Source: a virus (Duplodnaviria; Caudoviricetes). Taken from it: a stretch of DNA of 64,000 nucleotides. The stretch lies in IMG/VR virus record IMGVR_UViG_3300037851_000141, positions 192,001 through 256,000 of that record; one strand, 5' to 3'. Below the pieces are notes generated by a model. It saw nothing but the letters and a program-made list of their open reading frames with translations. It was not told where the DNA came from and did no database searches. This document shows positions 46,364-56,792 of the stretch, piece after piece. Within the stretch, counting starts at the first letter, position 1. Every line of letters starts with the position of its first letter. The translations under genes and the position numbers were made by a program.

Positions 46364-47101
46364 TCAAGCAGTTTTTGTGTATGCTGACTCTATTCTGGTC
46401 TTAGCAATTTCATAATAGTTTTTATCAAGTTCAATTCCGATAAATTTTCTATTAAGAATACCGCAAGCTACACCTGTTGTTCCGCTACCCATAGTAAAAT
46501 CCAATACAACATCATTTTCGTTTGTATAAGTTTTTATTAAGTATTCCATTAAGGCAACTGGTTTTTGTGTTGGGTGAATTCTACCTACTGTACCTCGTTC
46601 ATCTGCTGGTATGCTTATAAGGTTTCTTGGGTAATATTCGCCATTATTTATCGTAACTACACCATCAGTTTGTGCGCCATAGCAAGATGATTTATTACCT
46701 TTAGAAACAGCTTTATATGGTTTTCCTGCTATCATCTGTGGATTATATGTTGGTTGATCTGAATAGAATACAACAATATCTTCGACAATTCTTAATGGTT
46801 GTTTTTTAGAATTAAGATGTCCACTTATACGATTCACTTTATCCCAAACCCAATTATACTTAAACATAGATGGATTACTCATTATAAGTGCCGAAGTAAA
46901 TGGTTGGCTTGATGTCATTACTATTGCTGTATTTGGTTTGACTACATAAGATATACATTTCCACATCTGGTCAAATGGCAATATACTATCCCATTTACAT
47001 TGTGTCGTTCCATATGGAGGATCAACTAAAATCATATCAATAGATGATTTTTCAAGTGTTGGTATGATTTCTAAACAATTGCCGTTATAGAGTTTAATCA
47101 T
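46364..47101 (-). CDS. N4-C/N6-A DNA methyltransferase (beta class)
   Basis: DPPY, HPTQKP, DFTMGSGTTG. Confidence 0.92.
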   Translation of the reverse strand: MIKLYNGNCLEIIPTLEKSSIDMILVDPPYGTTQCKWDSILPFDQMWKCISYVVKPNTAIVMTSSQPFTSALIMSNPSMFKYNWVWDKVNRISGHLNSKKQPLRIVEDIVVFYSDQPTYNPQMIAGKPYKAVSKGNKSSCYGAQTDGVVTINNGEYYPRNLISIPADERGTVGRIHPTQKPVALMEYLIKTYTNENDVVLDFTMGSGTTGVACGILNRKFIGIELDKNYYEIAKTRIESAYTKTA

Positions 47102-47236
47102 CTTTATCCTAAATAAGTGATTTTACTTTATTAAATACCGTTTCCAATCCAGCATCATCACCATCAACGTCTATGTATTCTATATCCAGAAACATAATAT
47201 TGATGAAATAATGCTAAATAATTCTTCTGCCTTTCT

Positions 47237-48448
47237 TTAGGTGTGAATAAGTGAGTATATTTTACCCGACTTATTTACAATGTCAAGATTACTGTTTCTT
47301 CCATCTGACTTGTTATTGATATTGCTATCAAATTCAGAGGTCTGATGTCCACAGTCGTTGATTTCCGCCAAGCCAGCGGTATATATATTTATTGCGGCAT
47401 TATAGTCTCGATTTAGTGTAAATCCACAAATCTCGCATTTATATGTTCGTTCTTCAACTGGCATCTCGGCTTTAACATGACCACAACTTGAACATGTCTT
47501 GGTTGATGGATACCATTTGTTTACCTTATGTAAGATATTGTCGTAAATATCTTTTTTATAAGATAGCTGTCGAATAACTTTCCCTATACAAGTATCGGTA
47601 GTAGATTTACCATACTTCTTCATCCATGATTTTACAGATAAATCCTCAATTATGATAGCTTGGTTTTCGCTACATAACTGAGTTGTTAACTTATGAGTAA
47701 AATCATGTCTGATATTAGATATGCGAAGATGTAGCTTCGCTACTTTGAGTCTTTGTTTATCTCTATTTTTACTTCCTTTTTGTCTACGACTTAGTTTACG
47801 TTGATACCGTGCTAACTTCGACAAATTGGACTTGAGTGGCATTGGCGAGTGAATCTCATTACCTTGGTTGTCGGTAACGAGAGTTGTCAAACCAAAGTCA
47901 ATTCCTATTTTATTATCAGAAATACGAGGTTTTTGATAACTTCCAACATCAACTGATATTGAAGCGTACCATTTGTCTGCTTTTCTTGAAATTACACAGG
48001 AGTTGATTTTACCTTCGAATCTCAACTTCTCTGTTATTCTTATTTTACCAATAAGAGGAAGTCTGATGTGAGTATCTGATATGCTAAACTTGTCATTTGA
48101 TATATAGAATGTGTCTCGATTTCCACGTTTCTTAAATTTAGGGTAATTTGTTATCTTATTGAAGAAACTTGAGAATGCTGCACCAAGATACGCAAATGCT
48201 TGTTGATTCGCATCTTTTGGACTCTCATATATCCATGGGAATTCAGCTTCTTTTATTTTATTGAATTCTTTTTTGATTAAGTTAGCATTCGGTTTGGGTA
48301 AGTTATTATCAGATTTCCAACTTTCATACATTTTAGTCCACTTACTTAGTCCCCAATTATAAGTAAATCTGGCACAACCACATGCTTTAGCAAGTTGATT
48401 TTGCTGTTCCTTATTTGGTTGGAGTTGTATCTTGTGGCTGAGTATCAT
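47237..48448 (-). CDS. tnpB: IS607 TnpB RNA-guided endonuclease
   Basis: HTH LAKACGCARFTYNW, GIDFG, IIEDL, STKTCSSCG..CEICG..RDYNAAIN. Confidence 0.93.
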   Translation of the reverse strand: MILSHKIQLQPNKEQQNQLAKACGCARFTYNWGLSKWTKMYESWKSDNNLPKPNANLIKKEFNKIKEAEFPWIYESPKDANQQAFAYLGAAFSSFFNKITNYPKFKKRGNRDTFYISNDKFSISDTHIRLPLIGKIRITEKLRFEGKINSCVISRKADKWYASISVDVGSYQKPRISDNKIGIDFGLTTLVTDNQGNEIHSPMPLKSNLSKLARYQRKLSRRQKGSKNRDKQRLKVAKLHLRISNIRHDFTHKLTTQLCSENQAIIIEDLSVKSWMKKYGKSTTDTCIGKVIRQLSYKKDIYDNILHKVNKWYPSTKTCSSCGHVKAEMPVEERTYKCEICGFTLNRDYNAAINIYTAGLAEINDCGHQTSEFDSNINNKSDGRNSNLDIVNKSGKIYSLIHT

Positions 48449-48513
48449 ATGAGTTCTTGTCTTATCTCACCTTGTATTTATATCAATAGAGTCATCTTTT
48501 TATAAACTTTTTT

Positions 48514-49122
48514 TCACTGTTGTTCACTTATCATTTTCTTTAGAGATTTTCGATAATTACGAAGCCCATACAATCTGGAACTAAAGCAATGGATAATAGT
48601 CATCAAATCTTGAACCATTTCTTGTTTTGGTGATAGCGCAGTATTGTCGAGAATTTCAATTTCGCAATTGTATTTTTGACATATGTTGTTTATCATGTCA
48701 AACCCAAATCTACACAATCGGTCTTTATGAGCTACAATAAGTTTAGAAACTTTACCTAACATGATATCAGATAATATTTTGTTGAATAATTTACGATTGA
48801 AATTTAGTCCACCGCCAATTTCATTTAGAAACTCTACATTTTTATAACCTCTATTGGAACAATATTCTGATAGTATTTGGTGTTGATTGTTTAGGTCTTG
48901 TTTTTGGTTATTTGATGACACTCTACAATATGTTATTATTTTTTTATTTTCTTCTTTTGGTGCTAGTCCTTTGAACTCAAGTATTTGATTTTCGGTGTAA
49001 TATCTTCGATTTGTTTGAGTTCTATATGCTTTTAAGGTTCCGAGTCGATCCCATCTTTGTAAACATTTAACTGTTCTATTTAGGAGATTGGCTGCTTCTG
49101 TTATAGTGTATGTTGTATCCAT
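48514..49122 (-). CDS. tnpA: IS607 serine transposase
   Basis: MerR HTH + YCRVSS, EIGGG, HKDRLCRFG, FSSRLYG. Confidence 0.95.
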   Translation of the reverse strand: MDTTYTITEAANLLNRTVKCLQRWDRLGTLKAYRTQTNRRYYTENQILEFKGLAPKEENKKIITYCRVSSNNQKQDLNNQHQILSEYCSNRGYKNVEFLNEIGGGLNFNRKLFNKILSDIMLGKVSKLIVAHKDRLCRFGFDMINNICQKYNCEIEILDNTALSPKQEMVQDLMTIIHCFSSRLYGLRNYRKSLKKMISEQQ

Positions 49123-49167
49123 ATTTGTTTCCTTGTGTGTCCAAATATTACTCTATTATACACAAGT

Positions 49168-49683
49168 TTATATTATTTTCGGGTCTATACTATACTCCAA
49201 GTATGTTTTAAGTCGCTCAAAGTTAACTGGTGTATAATTCCAACAATCTACTCCAACGTCACAAGATTTACCATATGGAGTAAGTGTACCATGCGAATGA
49301 CCATAAAAATGATAACTTCCATGGTGAGATTTATTCCACACACGATGACCATAATGTGCCAGCCAAATATAATCTTTTTCTATTCGTATTCCTTTTACAT
49401 CAAATACATATGACCAAGTGTGTTCTTTTTTAACGTCATCGTGGTTGCCCATAACGAGGAATTTTTGGCTACCATTAAGTCTTCCAAGATAATAGTTGAC
49501 TTTACGAGCATCCAAGCTGAAATCCCCCACAACATAAACTGTATCTTTTACTCCGACAACAGAATTCCAGTTTTTGATAAGAGTTTCGTCCATTTCTTCT
49601 ACTGATTGAAATGGACGATTACAATGACTAATTATATTTCTATGGCCAAAGTGTGTATCTGCGGTAAACCATATATCAGACAT
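49168..49683 (-). CDS. Calcineurin-like metallophosphoesterase
   Basis: DTHFGH, GDF, GNHD, HY, GHSH. Confidence 0.9.
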   Translation of the reverse strand: MSDIWFTADTHFGHRNIISHCNRPFQSVEEMDETLIKNWNSVVGVKDTVYVVGDFSLDARKVNYYLGRLNGSQKFLVMGNHDDVKKEHTWSYVFDVKGIRIEKDYIWLAHYGHRVWNKSHHGSYHFYGHSHGTLTPYGKSCDVGVDCWNYTPVNFERLKTYLEYSIDPKII

Positions 49684-49706
49684 ATGTTATCCGTTTAGAA
49701 AAGTCC

Positions 49707-49758
49707 CCAAGCATAGCCCTAAGAAATACAAGGAGGAGGGACGGACTATGCTTGGGGA
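49707..49758 (-). terminator. Terminator hairpin
   Basis: 13-bp TCCCCAAGCATAG/CTATGCTTGGGGA stem followed by T-tract on - strand. Confidence 0.65.
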
Positions 49759-49767
49759 TTAGATTTA

Positions 49768-50013
49768 TTAGCCGATGGTTACTTCTTTTACAAGTTTCTT
49801 ATTCTTGTAAACGCGCTTAACGAGTTGACCACCATAGGTATTACGGATGGCGCATCGGGCTTGTTCGTAGCTGAGATAGGCAACTTCATTCTTATTGCCG
49901 GTCCAAGCATACTTACGTGTGGTGCCAGTGGTATTGATTTCGCGGAACTTAAGGTATGCTCCGCTCTTAGTGCCTCCACGGACATAATAAACGGTACGAA
50001 TCTTTTTAGCCAT
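49768..50013 (-). CDS. Small basic hypothetical protein
   Basis: AAAGGGG RBS. Confidence 0.65.
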   Translation of the reverse strand: MAKKIRTVYYVRGGTKSGAYLKFREINTTGTTRKYAWTGNKNEVAYLSYEQARCAIRNTYGGQLVKRVYKNKKLVKEVTIG

Positions 50014-50070
50014 GTTATTCCCCTTTCTTGATAGGATTTTTTGGCTTTGTTGAGCTAATATTATACGGGA

Positions 50071-50361
50071 TTATTTTTTGGAATCAAGTACTTTGTTTTC
50101 TTCGTACATCTTCTTCATTTTCGTTGTTAAATCATCATAATCAACTTCTAATGATACTCCAGTAAACCGAGACATTAAATCATGACTGTAATGTTCCGTA
50201 ATGACCTTAAGCATTGATTTTACATCATATGCTTCAACAACATATTTTAGATAGATACAGCAGGCATGATAGTATTTCTCGCCTTTAGAATAAGTTGCCA
50301 GTTCAAGAATACAGTAATCTTTATTTTGATGTGGTTTTAGGTCAGCCGTTATTTTACTCAT
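50071..50361 (-). CDS. Hypothetical protein, probably leaderless
   Basis: TTGATT-16-TATAAT ending 6 nt before ATG. Confidence 0.65.
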   Translation of the reverse strand: MSKITADLKPHQNKDYCILELATYSKGEKYYHACCIYLKYVVEAYDVKSMLKVITEHYSHDLMSRFTGVSLEVDYDDLTTKMKKMYEENKVLDSKK

Positions 50362-50413
50362 TCTGATATTATAACCGGATGATAAATAAAATCAAGAGGT
50401 TAAAATAAGATAT

Positions 50414-51124
50414 ATGTCATTCAAGAATTATTTCAACAAACATCTATTATTTGAGCATGGAATAATAGTAGAACGAGAAAATGACCAAGAGTTTAGAGTT
50501 GCTATTTATTCCGAGATTGAGAAGATAAAAGAAAAAATGAAAATAGAAAACTCTTATTCAATTGATGTTGATGATTATCGGGTTATGATTATTCTCGACC
50601 CCGATTCTCCTACTGGATTTTTTACATTTACAAGAAACAAACCAAAAATTCCTGTTGTGGTTCTAAATGTTGATGGAATCTGTGAAGACCTATATAAAAG
50701 ACAAAAATTTATAGATATTATTGACAAAATGAGCGATGTCCTATTTCACGAACTGACTCACCTAATGAACTATCGTGTTGTCGTTAAACCTGGGGAAGAA
50801 TACGATAATCTAAAAAATATAAAAGGCAAATATAACAATCGGGAAGAATTCAACGCATATTATCAACAAACAGCCTCCTTATTTGAGCGGATGCTACCAA
50901 ATCTTATAAAATCTGACAACACTTTTGAGTCAGTTTATGGCGATAATGTCCAACAGTTTATCTCAAAATTCTGGAATAAACTAAATGATATAAATAATGA
51001 AATAGTTGACTCCATAGCACAAAGTAAAGTATATAAAAGAAAATGGCTAAAAAGAATATATCAGCTTTATTATGAACTAATGGACACTTATAACCGGGCT
51101 AAAGGAATAACGGTTGACTCTTAA
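50414..51124 (+). CDS. HExxH (zincin-like) protein, probably virion-associated
   Basis: LFHELTHL..EEFNAY. Confidence 0.65.
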   Translation: MSFKNYFNKHLLFEHGIIVERENDQEFRVAIYSEIEKIKEKMKIENSYSIDVDDYRVMIILDPDSPTGFFTFTRNKPKIPVVVLNVDGICEDLYKRQKFIDIIDKMSDVLFHELTHLMNYRVVVKPGEEYDNLKNIKGKYNNREEFNAYYQQTASLFERMLPNLIKSDNTFESVYGDNVQQFISKFWNKLNDINNEIVDSIAQSKVYKRKWLKRIYQLYYELMDTYNRAKGITVDS

Positions 51125-51142
51125 TTTTTCTTTAGTATAATT

Positions 51143-51919
51143 TTGGTCATGGTTAAGCATTATCACCCTACTATCAGAGACGATAAGGTTTATTCTAACT
51201 GCCGTATATTCCATCCTGACGGTACTCTTATGTGCTGTGTTGGAAGAAAAAGAATAAACTGGTATCTCAAACGTGGCCTCGCTAAATCCTTGTCTGAAAA
51301 TGATATACAACTCCTGTTTGAACCTAAAGGTAAAGGTAAACACGACATTCCATATTATTTAGAGGAACGAGTTAATAGATGTGTTGTGTGTGGATGTAAT
51401 CAAGCATTAACTAAACACCATATAGTTCCACATCAATATCGTAAAGCCTTGCCAGAACAATATAAAGACCGAAACCATTTTGATATTCTATGCGTATGTA
51501 GTTCCTGTCATGCCGCTTACGAAAAAATAGCAGATAAACTAAATAATGAACTTTGTTATGGATTACGACAACATATAAAGAAAAAAGAAAATAAATCACG
51601 TAAAGCTGCCTCTGGTCTATGGGCGCTTAAAAATAAAGAAAATATACCATCAGAATACGTAGAACAAATCCTAGCCAATATCGCTCGTTATCTGAAGGTA
51701 GAATCAATTACACTTGAAGAAGCACTAAAATTAGATATTTCAGATAATAAAGAATCTCAAGACGTAGAACATATTGGTAAAAAAGCACTTGAACGCTATT
51801 TGCTTGATAATACTGCCGAAGACTTCATTATTATGTGGCGCGAACATTTCTTAACTAATATGCTACCCAAATATATGTCCGACGAATGGGTAAGTAATTA
51901 TAAGACGAATTTTAGTTGA
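51143..51919 (+). CDS. HNH-like protein resembling the EXD2 C-terminal domain
   Basis: YSNC..PDG.LMC..WYLKRGLA..CVVCG..HHIVP.QYR..HFDILCVC.SCH. Confidence 0.75.
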   Translation: MVMVKHYHPTIRDDKVYSNCRIFHPDGTLMCCVGRKRINWYLKRGLAKSLSENDIQLLFEPKGKGKHDIPYYLEERVNRCVVCGCNQALTKHHIVPHQYRKALPEQYKDRNHFDILCVCSSCHAAYEKIADKLNNELCYGLRQHIKKKENKSRKAASGLWALKNKENIPSEYVEQILANIARYLKVESITLEEALKLDISDNKESQDVEHIGKKALERYLLDNTAEDFIIMWREHFLTNMLPKYMSDEWVSNYKTNFS

Positions 51920-51967
51920 CATTCAGTTATTCTGTGCTAAACTCTTGTCCTCCGAAAAGGAAATCAT

Positions 51968-52540
51968 ATGTCCCATCCACTCCCATCCGAAACCATGACT
52001 CTTGCTCAATTTCAGAAGAATATGGAGCAAGTTATTGAAACTGTTGAGCGGGATAAACGTACATTCTTCATCCAAACTCCAGATAATCAAAACTTTGTCC
52101 TTCGTCCTCTTACTGCTCAAGAAAAAGAGGAATACAAGGGTGTAAAGTTTAATGATGATGGTACGGTGGATGTTGAACTTGATATTGATAATGAAACCTA
52201 TTCTGCGATTGATAAAGCTTGTAAAGAGCGTGGCGTTTCGTTCAATGATTACTGTGTTGCTGCTATAAAGGACTATGTAAATAAGGCAGATACTTTTGAT
52301 AAGATGTTTAAGAGTGCTGTAAAATATATGCTTGCCGAAGGAATCACAGCAGAAACTTTAGTTGATTTTGGCGAAGCATATAAGCAAGTATCAACTGAAC
52401 GGCCTTTGTTTGATGATGCTCGTTGGCACCTTATTCAAGAAGCATTTGATGAAGACCAAGCTGAAATTGACGCAAAGTATCATGAAGAAATGATGAATAA
52501 TAGCGAAGCTGCCAATTCGTCCGAAGACCTTCCATTCTGA
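51968..52540 (+). CDS. Hypothetical with Phd/YefM-like N-terminus and RHH-like middle
   Basis: TLAQFQKNMEQVIETV..; ELDIDNETYSAIDKACKERGVSFNDY. Confidence 0.5.
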   Translation: MSHPLPSETMTLAQFQKNMEQVIETVERDKRTFFIQTPDNQNFVLRPLTAQEKEEYKGVKFNDDGTVDVELDIDNETYSAIDKACKERGVSFNDYCVAAIKDYVNKADTFDKMFKSAVKYMLAEGITAETLVDFGEAYKQVSTERPLFDDARWHLIQEAFDEDQAEIDAKYHEEMMNNSEAANSSEDLPF

Positions 52541-52554
52541 AACAAAGGAATATC

Positions 52555-53142
52555 ATGTCTAAACCTCTACTTATTTCACTTATCATTGGCGTATTCTGTA
52601 TTATCCTTGGCTTAACACTTATCGGATATACAGTTAGTACCTTAAATAGTGAACAAAAACTCCGTAATCTTGTCGAGGCCAAACAGGTAGATAATACCAA
52701 CGAATTCGACAACATGAAAAAGAAGTTGAATCAAATCTGTCAACTTCCAGAGGCTCAAACCCAAATGCTGATGGATATTATTGTCGGCAATGCTCAAGCA
52801 AGGGCAAGTGGACAAGGCAAGGGTTCTTTGTTTGCTATGGTTCAAGAGTCAGTTCCAAACGTGAGTACTGACATCATCAACCGTCTTGCTAATGAAATCA
52901 CAGCAAGTCGTAATGCTTGGACCATTCGACAAAAGGAATTGATTGATCTTAACCGAGCGCATACTGATATTATTACTACAATTCCATCAAGCTTTATCTG
53001 CGGCATATTTGGGCGAAACTCCAGGATTGATATTACTGTGGTGACATCAGCCAATACCAAGCAATCATTCAAGACCGGCGAAGATAATGAAACTGATCTT
53101 GGTCTTCCTAAGCGACAAACCAAGCAGAAAATTGAGCAATGA
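52555..53142 (+). CDS. Single-TM coiled-coil protein (LemA-like architecture)
   Basis: N-terminal TM; C-terminal TTIPSSFICG. Confidence 0.65.
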   Translation: MSKPLLISLIIGVFCIILGLTLIGYTVSTLNSEQKLRNLVEAKQVDNTNEFDNMKKKLNQICQLPEAQTQMLMDIIVGNAQARASGQGKGSLFAMVQESVPNVSTDIINRLANEITASRNAWTIRQKELIDLNRAHTDIITTIPSSFICGIFGRNSRIDITVVTSANTKQSFKTGEDNETDLGLPKRQTKQKIEQ

Positions 53143-54374
53143 CAACTCTTATAATTTGGCTGCTTTCACCAATTCCTTTTCTCTTAGCTGGACTCTTATG
53201 GGTCTTCTCTAAAAAAATAAATTGGATAGAATCAGCCATTTTATCTGGTTTAGGCTTTGTTATTGCTGGGTTATTCTGTGTCATTGGTACATATGGGATG
53301 ACTCACGATACCGAGATATGGTCTGGCGAATGTATAAATGCTACCCATATTCCGGCTTGGCTTGAGTATTATGAAGAAGCAATTTATCGGACTGAACATT
53401 ACACCGAAACTGAACACTATACTGACTCCAATGGACATTCTCAAACTCGAACAGTACATGAAACTCGTCAGGTATTCAGCCATTGGGAGCCTCGCACTCG
53501 TCACCATTCTGATGAGTATATTTTTCACGATACGCTTGGCAATTCTAAAAATATCGACCCAAATAGATATAACGATGTGAAGTCCAAGTTTGGTGGAGTT
53601 GAGGGCAAGCGTAAAGGCGACCGAACAACCAGTGAACACAATAGTAGAATGATTAGTGGCGATCCAAATGACTATTACACCATCAATAAAACCAATCACG
53701 TTTACCCTGTTAGTGAAATGCGATCTTGGGAGAATAAAGTAAAAGCATCACCATCAGTATTTTCTTTCAAGGAAGTACCTAAAAATATTCCGGTTTACGA
53801 ATATCCTGTTACAAAAAATCATTTCACATCAAAGCGTATTATTGGTTCAGTTCCTATTGATATCTATAAGTGGGATCAATTGTGTGCTGAATTAGGTCCA
53901 ATGAAAAAGGTAAATCTTATTATTGCCTATTTCCCAAACCATGATGAATCAATAGCAGAATGGCAAAGAGCAAAGTGGATTGGTGGTAAAAAGAATGACC
54001 TTGTGATCTGCTATGGTGGAATTACCTCAGAAATGACCGAAACAACCAAAGTTGACAATTCTAAACCAGCCTGGGTCAAAGTATTCGGGTGGACTGAACA
54101 GGAAATCGTTAAGGTGAAATTGGAAGAATTATTGCTAAAATCAACAATCAATAATGATGTCCTACCTAAAATAAAAGAAATTGTTATGGTTGACTATAAG
54201 ATAAAGGATTGGAAAAAGTTTGATTATCTATCAGTGGAATTACCAGCATCAGTAATTATCTGGTATGTTATAGTCCAGATTGTTGTGTGTGGAGTTTGGT
54301 TCTGGTTTAGTTGGGTCAATGAACACGATAAATCAAAAGAAGAACAAGACTTGATTAAGATTTCTTCGAAGTAG
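53139..54374 (+). CDS. Multi-TM membrane protein
   Basis: Two N-terminal and one C-terminal TM segments; ATGA-coupled to previous gene. Confidence 0.7.
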   Translation: MTTLIIWLLSPIPFLLAGLLWVFSKKINWIESAILSGLGFVIAGLFCVIGTYGMTHDTEIWSGECINATHIPAWLEYYEEAIYRTEHYTETEHYTDSNGHSQTRTVHETRQVFSHWEPRTRHHSDEYIFHDTLGNSKNIDPNRYNDVKSKFGGVEGKRKGDRTTSEHNSRMISGDPNDYYTINKTNHVYPVSEMRSWENKVKASPSVFSFKEVPKNIPVYEYPVTKNHFTSKRIIGSVPIDIYKWDQLCAELGPMKKVNLIIAYFPNHDESIAEWQRAKWIGGKKNDLVICYGGITSEMTETTKVDNSKPAWVKVFGWTEQEIVKVKLEELLLKSTINNDVLPKIKEIVMVDYKIKDWKKFDYLSVELPASVIIWYVIVQIVVCGVWFWFSWVNEHDKSKEEQDLIKISSK

Positions 54375-54570
54375 CAGTAATTTTCTTTGTTTCTTCTTCA
54401 TCAGTCTTTACATAGTGCGCCAAATTCCATATTTCGGGGTTTTTAGCCTTTATCATAACTTCGTATAATTGATGTTTACCCATTCTAAAACCTATCCAGA
54501 ATCCAACGAAACCTCCTGTTATAAGGGCAACAATTGCTGTAATAATATATGATAGTGGAATTTCGATCAT
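54355..54570 (-). CDS. Small membrane protein
   Basis: AGGAG RBS, TM helix. Confidence 0.55.
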   Translation of the reverse strand: MIEIPLSYIITAIVALITGGFVGFWIGFRMGKHQLYEVMIKAKNPEIWNLAHYVKTDEEETKKITATSKKS

Positions 54571-54624
54571 TGTCAACTCCTGTTATTTGCTTGTATTTAT
54601 ATTATGTTGAGATAAAATAATAAA

Positions 54625-54834
54625 ATGAAACCAAATATCAAGGAATTCTGTCAAGAACGAACTTATTTTAGATGTGAAGAAAAAATATTCCATAACCTAG
54701 ATTCTCAACTCCACGAATATTTGTTTGACCAATTTGATTGGAATGGTGTAATCAATGGAATAATTGAGAATTTAGGATATTATATTGACCATAAAATAAA
54801 TAAACAATCGGTTCTAAATAGCTTAAAAGTATAA
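54625..54834 (+). CDS. Hypothetical protein
   Basis: ORF track. Confidence 0.5.
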   Translation: MKPNIKEFCQERTYFRCEEKIFHNLDSQLHEYLFDQFDWNGVINGIIENLGYYIDHKINKQSVLNSLKV

Positions 54835-54842
54835 ATAATGTC

Positions 54843-55550
54843 ATGTATAAAGAATATGATAAACAACTCAAGCTATTGACTGAAGCCTGGAATACAATTA
54901 GTGAACGACATTTGATTGAATCTGCTGTTGTATCTGGCGAATATTGGATTATAGATGGATCTGCGGTATATGCTGATGGTGATATTGGTGATATGAACCA
55001 TGAAGCATATGTAATTGATCATCTTAATAGAATTTTCCTGGATATTTTTGATATTAATAAAGATGAACCATTGCCGTTGTCAGAATATGAGAATCAGATT
55101 GGACAGTGGTTTATGGAAAATGGTATAATTCAACCAGGAACCGAATCAGAAGAATCTTACAATAATGACCCTGCTAATTTTATGCTTAACTATTTATTGG
55201 CAAATCATTTAGATAAGTTCAATAATGATAAACAGCAATTAACTGATGCGTTCTTTTTAGCCTATGGTTCTTCTGGAAGGCAGGATGCGCGAGATTACGG
55301 AATGAGGCATCTTGGTTGGATAAGAGTAGCAGGTAATAATATACAAACCTGGACATTAACATCAAAAGATATGGATAACATAAGTCGTGGAATCAATGAT
55401 GTTCTATCTCAAGAAAATAACGAGGATGAATCAGAAATCAATGAAATGACGTTCAATGTTGAATCTATGTCAAACAGAAAATTTTACGTAGATGTTCCAT
55501 TTGAAGTTATTGATTCTGGTGACGTTACAAGATTATTACAATATCGTTGA
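54843..55550 (+). CDS. Acidic hypothetical late protein
   Basis: TATAAATA at 54830. Confidence 0.7.
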   Translation: MYKEYDKQLKLLTEAWNTISERHLIESAVVSGEYWIIDGSAVYADGDIGDMNHEAYVIDHLNRIFLDIFDINKDEPLPLSEYENQIGQWFMENGIIQPGTESEESYNNDPANFMLNYLLANHLDKFNNDKQQLTDAFFLAYGSSGRQDARDYGMRHLGWIRVAGNNIQTWTLTSKDMDNISRGINDVLSQENNEDESEINEMTFNVESMSNRKFYVDVPFEVIDSGDVTRLLQYR

Positions 55551-55567
55551 TTATTCGATATCAGCAC

Positions 55568-56100
55568 TCAAGTAAATTGCCTATCATATTTTGTTTCTAT
55601 TTCAAGTATTTTGGCTATACAATCTGGATAACAAAATATCGCTTCACCAACAACTTTTTGATTCTCGTCAAGGTTATTACCGATTATACCCTTATTCAAT
55701 CCACGACAAACATTACCGTAAATTGTAATAAAGGTATCCAATTTAGCATCATGTAATCGACCACATCTTTCGCATTTTACAGCTTCAATCTTCATAGCTT
55801 AATCCTTTCATGCTTAATTTCTTCGTACCAATATCCATCTGTTTCGTTATATGTAGGGATAATGGTTAACAGTTCAATTGCGTCACACCCAACAGGTACA
55901 AGCCCACTTTCTCGTAAAAACTTTATTTCTTCTTTAGCCTTACTCTTAGACTCAAAAATAATCATATTACGACAATCTTCAATTTTACTTGACTCAATCC
56001 ATTTATTTATAGATTTATTACCAATTAGATAATAAACGGAATTGTCAGAGCAAGCAAATATAGCGTATTGTTGCTTGATGGAGTTCTTAAGAAGGTTCAT
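55568..56100 (-). other. Two coupled small hypothetical CDSs (55792-56100, 55568-55795)
   Basis: ATGA overlap; second has CERCG motif. Confidence 0.55.
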
Positions 56101-56147
56101 ATTCTTCCTTTTGTGAGGTTCCTATTTTATCTGTTTATCGTCAATAG

Positions 56148-56792
56148 TCAAGATTTTTTCTTATATAATGAAAGATGATCATGAATCCCATACCACTGAT
56201 CTAACCTATATTCGTCAACCATTTCATATTGTTTACTTAAGGTATCATGAAATGCGTCGTCACCAGTACATCCACCATATCCTTCACCTATATAAACCAC
56301 TTTTTCTGGCATTAATGTATTTAAGTATTCGCCAGACCAAGAATCGGAGTAACTTGGCCAGCAGTAAAAATGACACTTGAAATCTTTAGCCAAACTAATT
56401 ATATCATTAGACAACTTAACTGGATAAAAATACTTAGCTTTGTTATTGAAATATAAACAATCATGAATCGGTTGAATATCGCATGCCGTTATTTTTCCGC
56501 CAAATTCACTAATTAACCAAGACCACAATCCAGTTCCAGCCCCAATTTCAAGGATTTCATCATTCTCAGCAAAATCAACAATTCGACGTACAGCCTCTCT
56601 GGAAGGAATTGCCCAGGAAAACTGCTTTACAAATTCTTCTCGCATATGGTATCGTATCGTGAAGTTATTAAGAAATTCATCACTTATACAATCAGACATA
56701 AAGTTATTTACATAAGGATATATCTTATTTTTCAAGAATCCGTAAAACTCATCAATATTGAGAAATTCTTTAGGGAAATGGAAGTGCGACAT
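56148..56792 (-). CDS. Class I SAM-dependent methyltransferase-like protein
   Basis: ILEIGAGTGLW, CWP, YIGEG..GCTGD. Confidence 0.75.
   Translation of the reverse strand: MSHFHFPKEFLNIDEFYGFLKNKIYPYVNNFMSDCISDEFLNNFTIRYHMREEFVKQFSWAIPSREAVRRIVDFAENDEILEIGAGTGLWSWLISEFGGKITACDIQPIHDCLYFNNKAKYFYPVKLSNDIISLAKDFKCHFYCWPSYSDSWSGEYLNTLMPEKVVYIGEGYGGCTGDDAFHDTLSKQYEMVDEYRLDQWYGIHDHLSLYKKKS

Larger units (their letters stand above)
47220..49165 (-). mobile_element. IS607-family insertion sequence (ends approximate)
   Basis: Serine-recombinase tnpA followed by tnpB. Confidence 0.85.
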
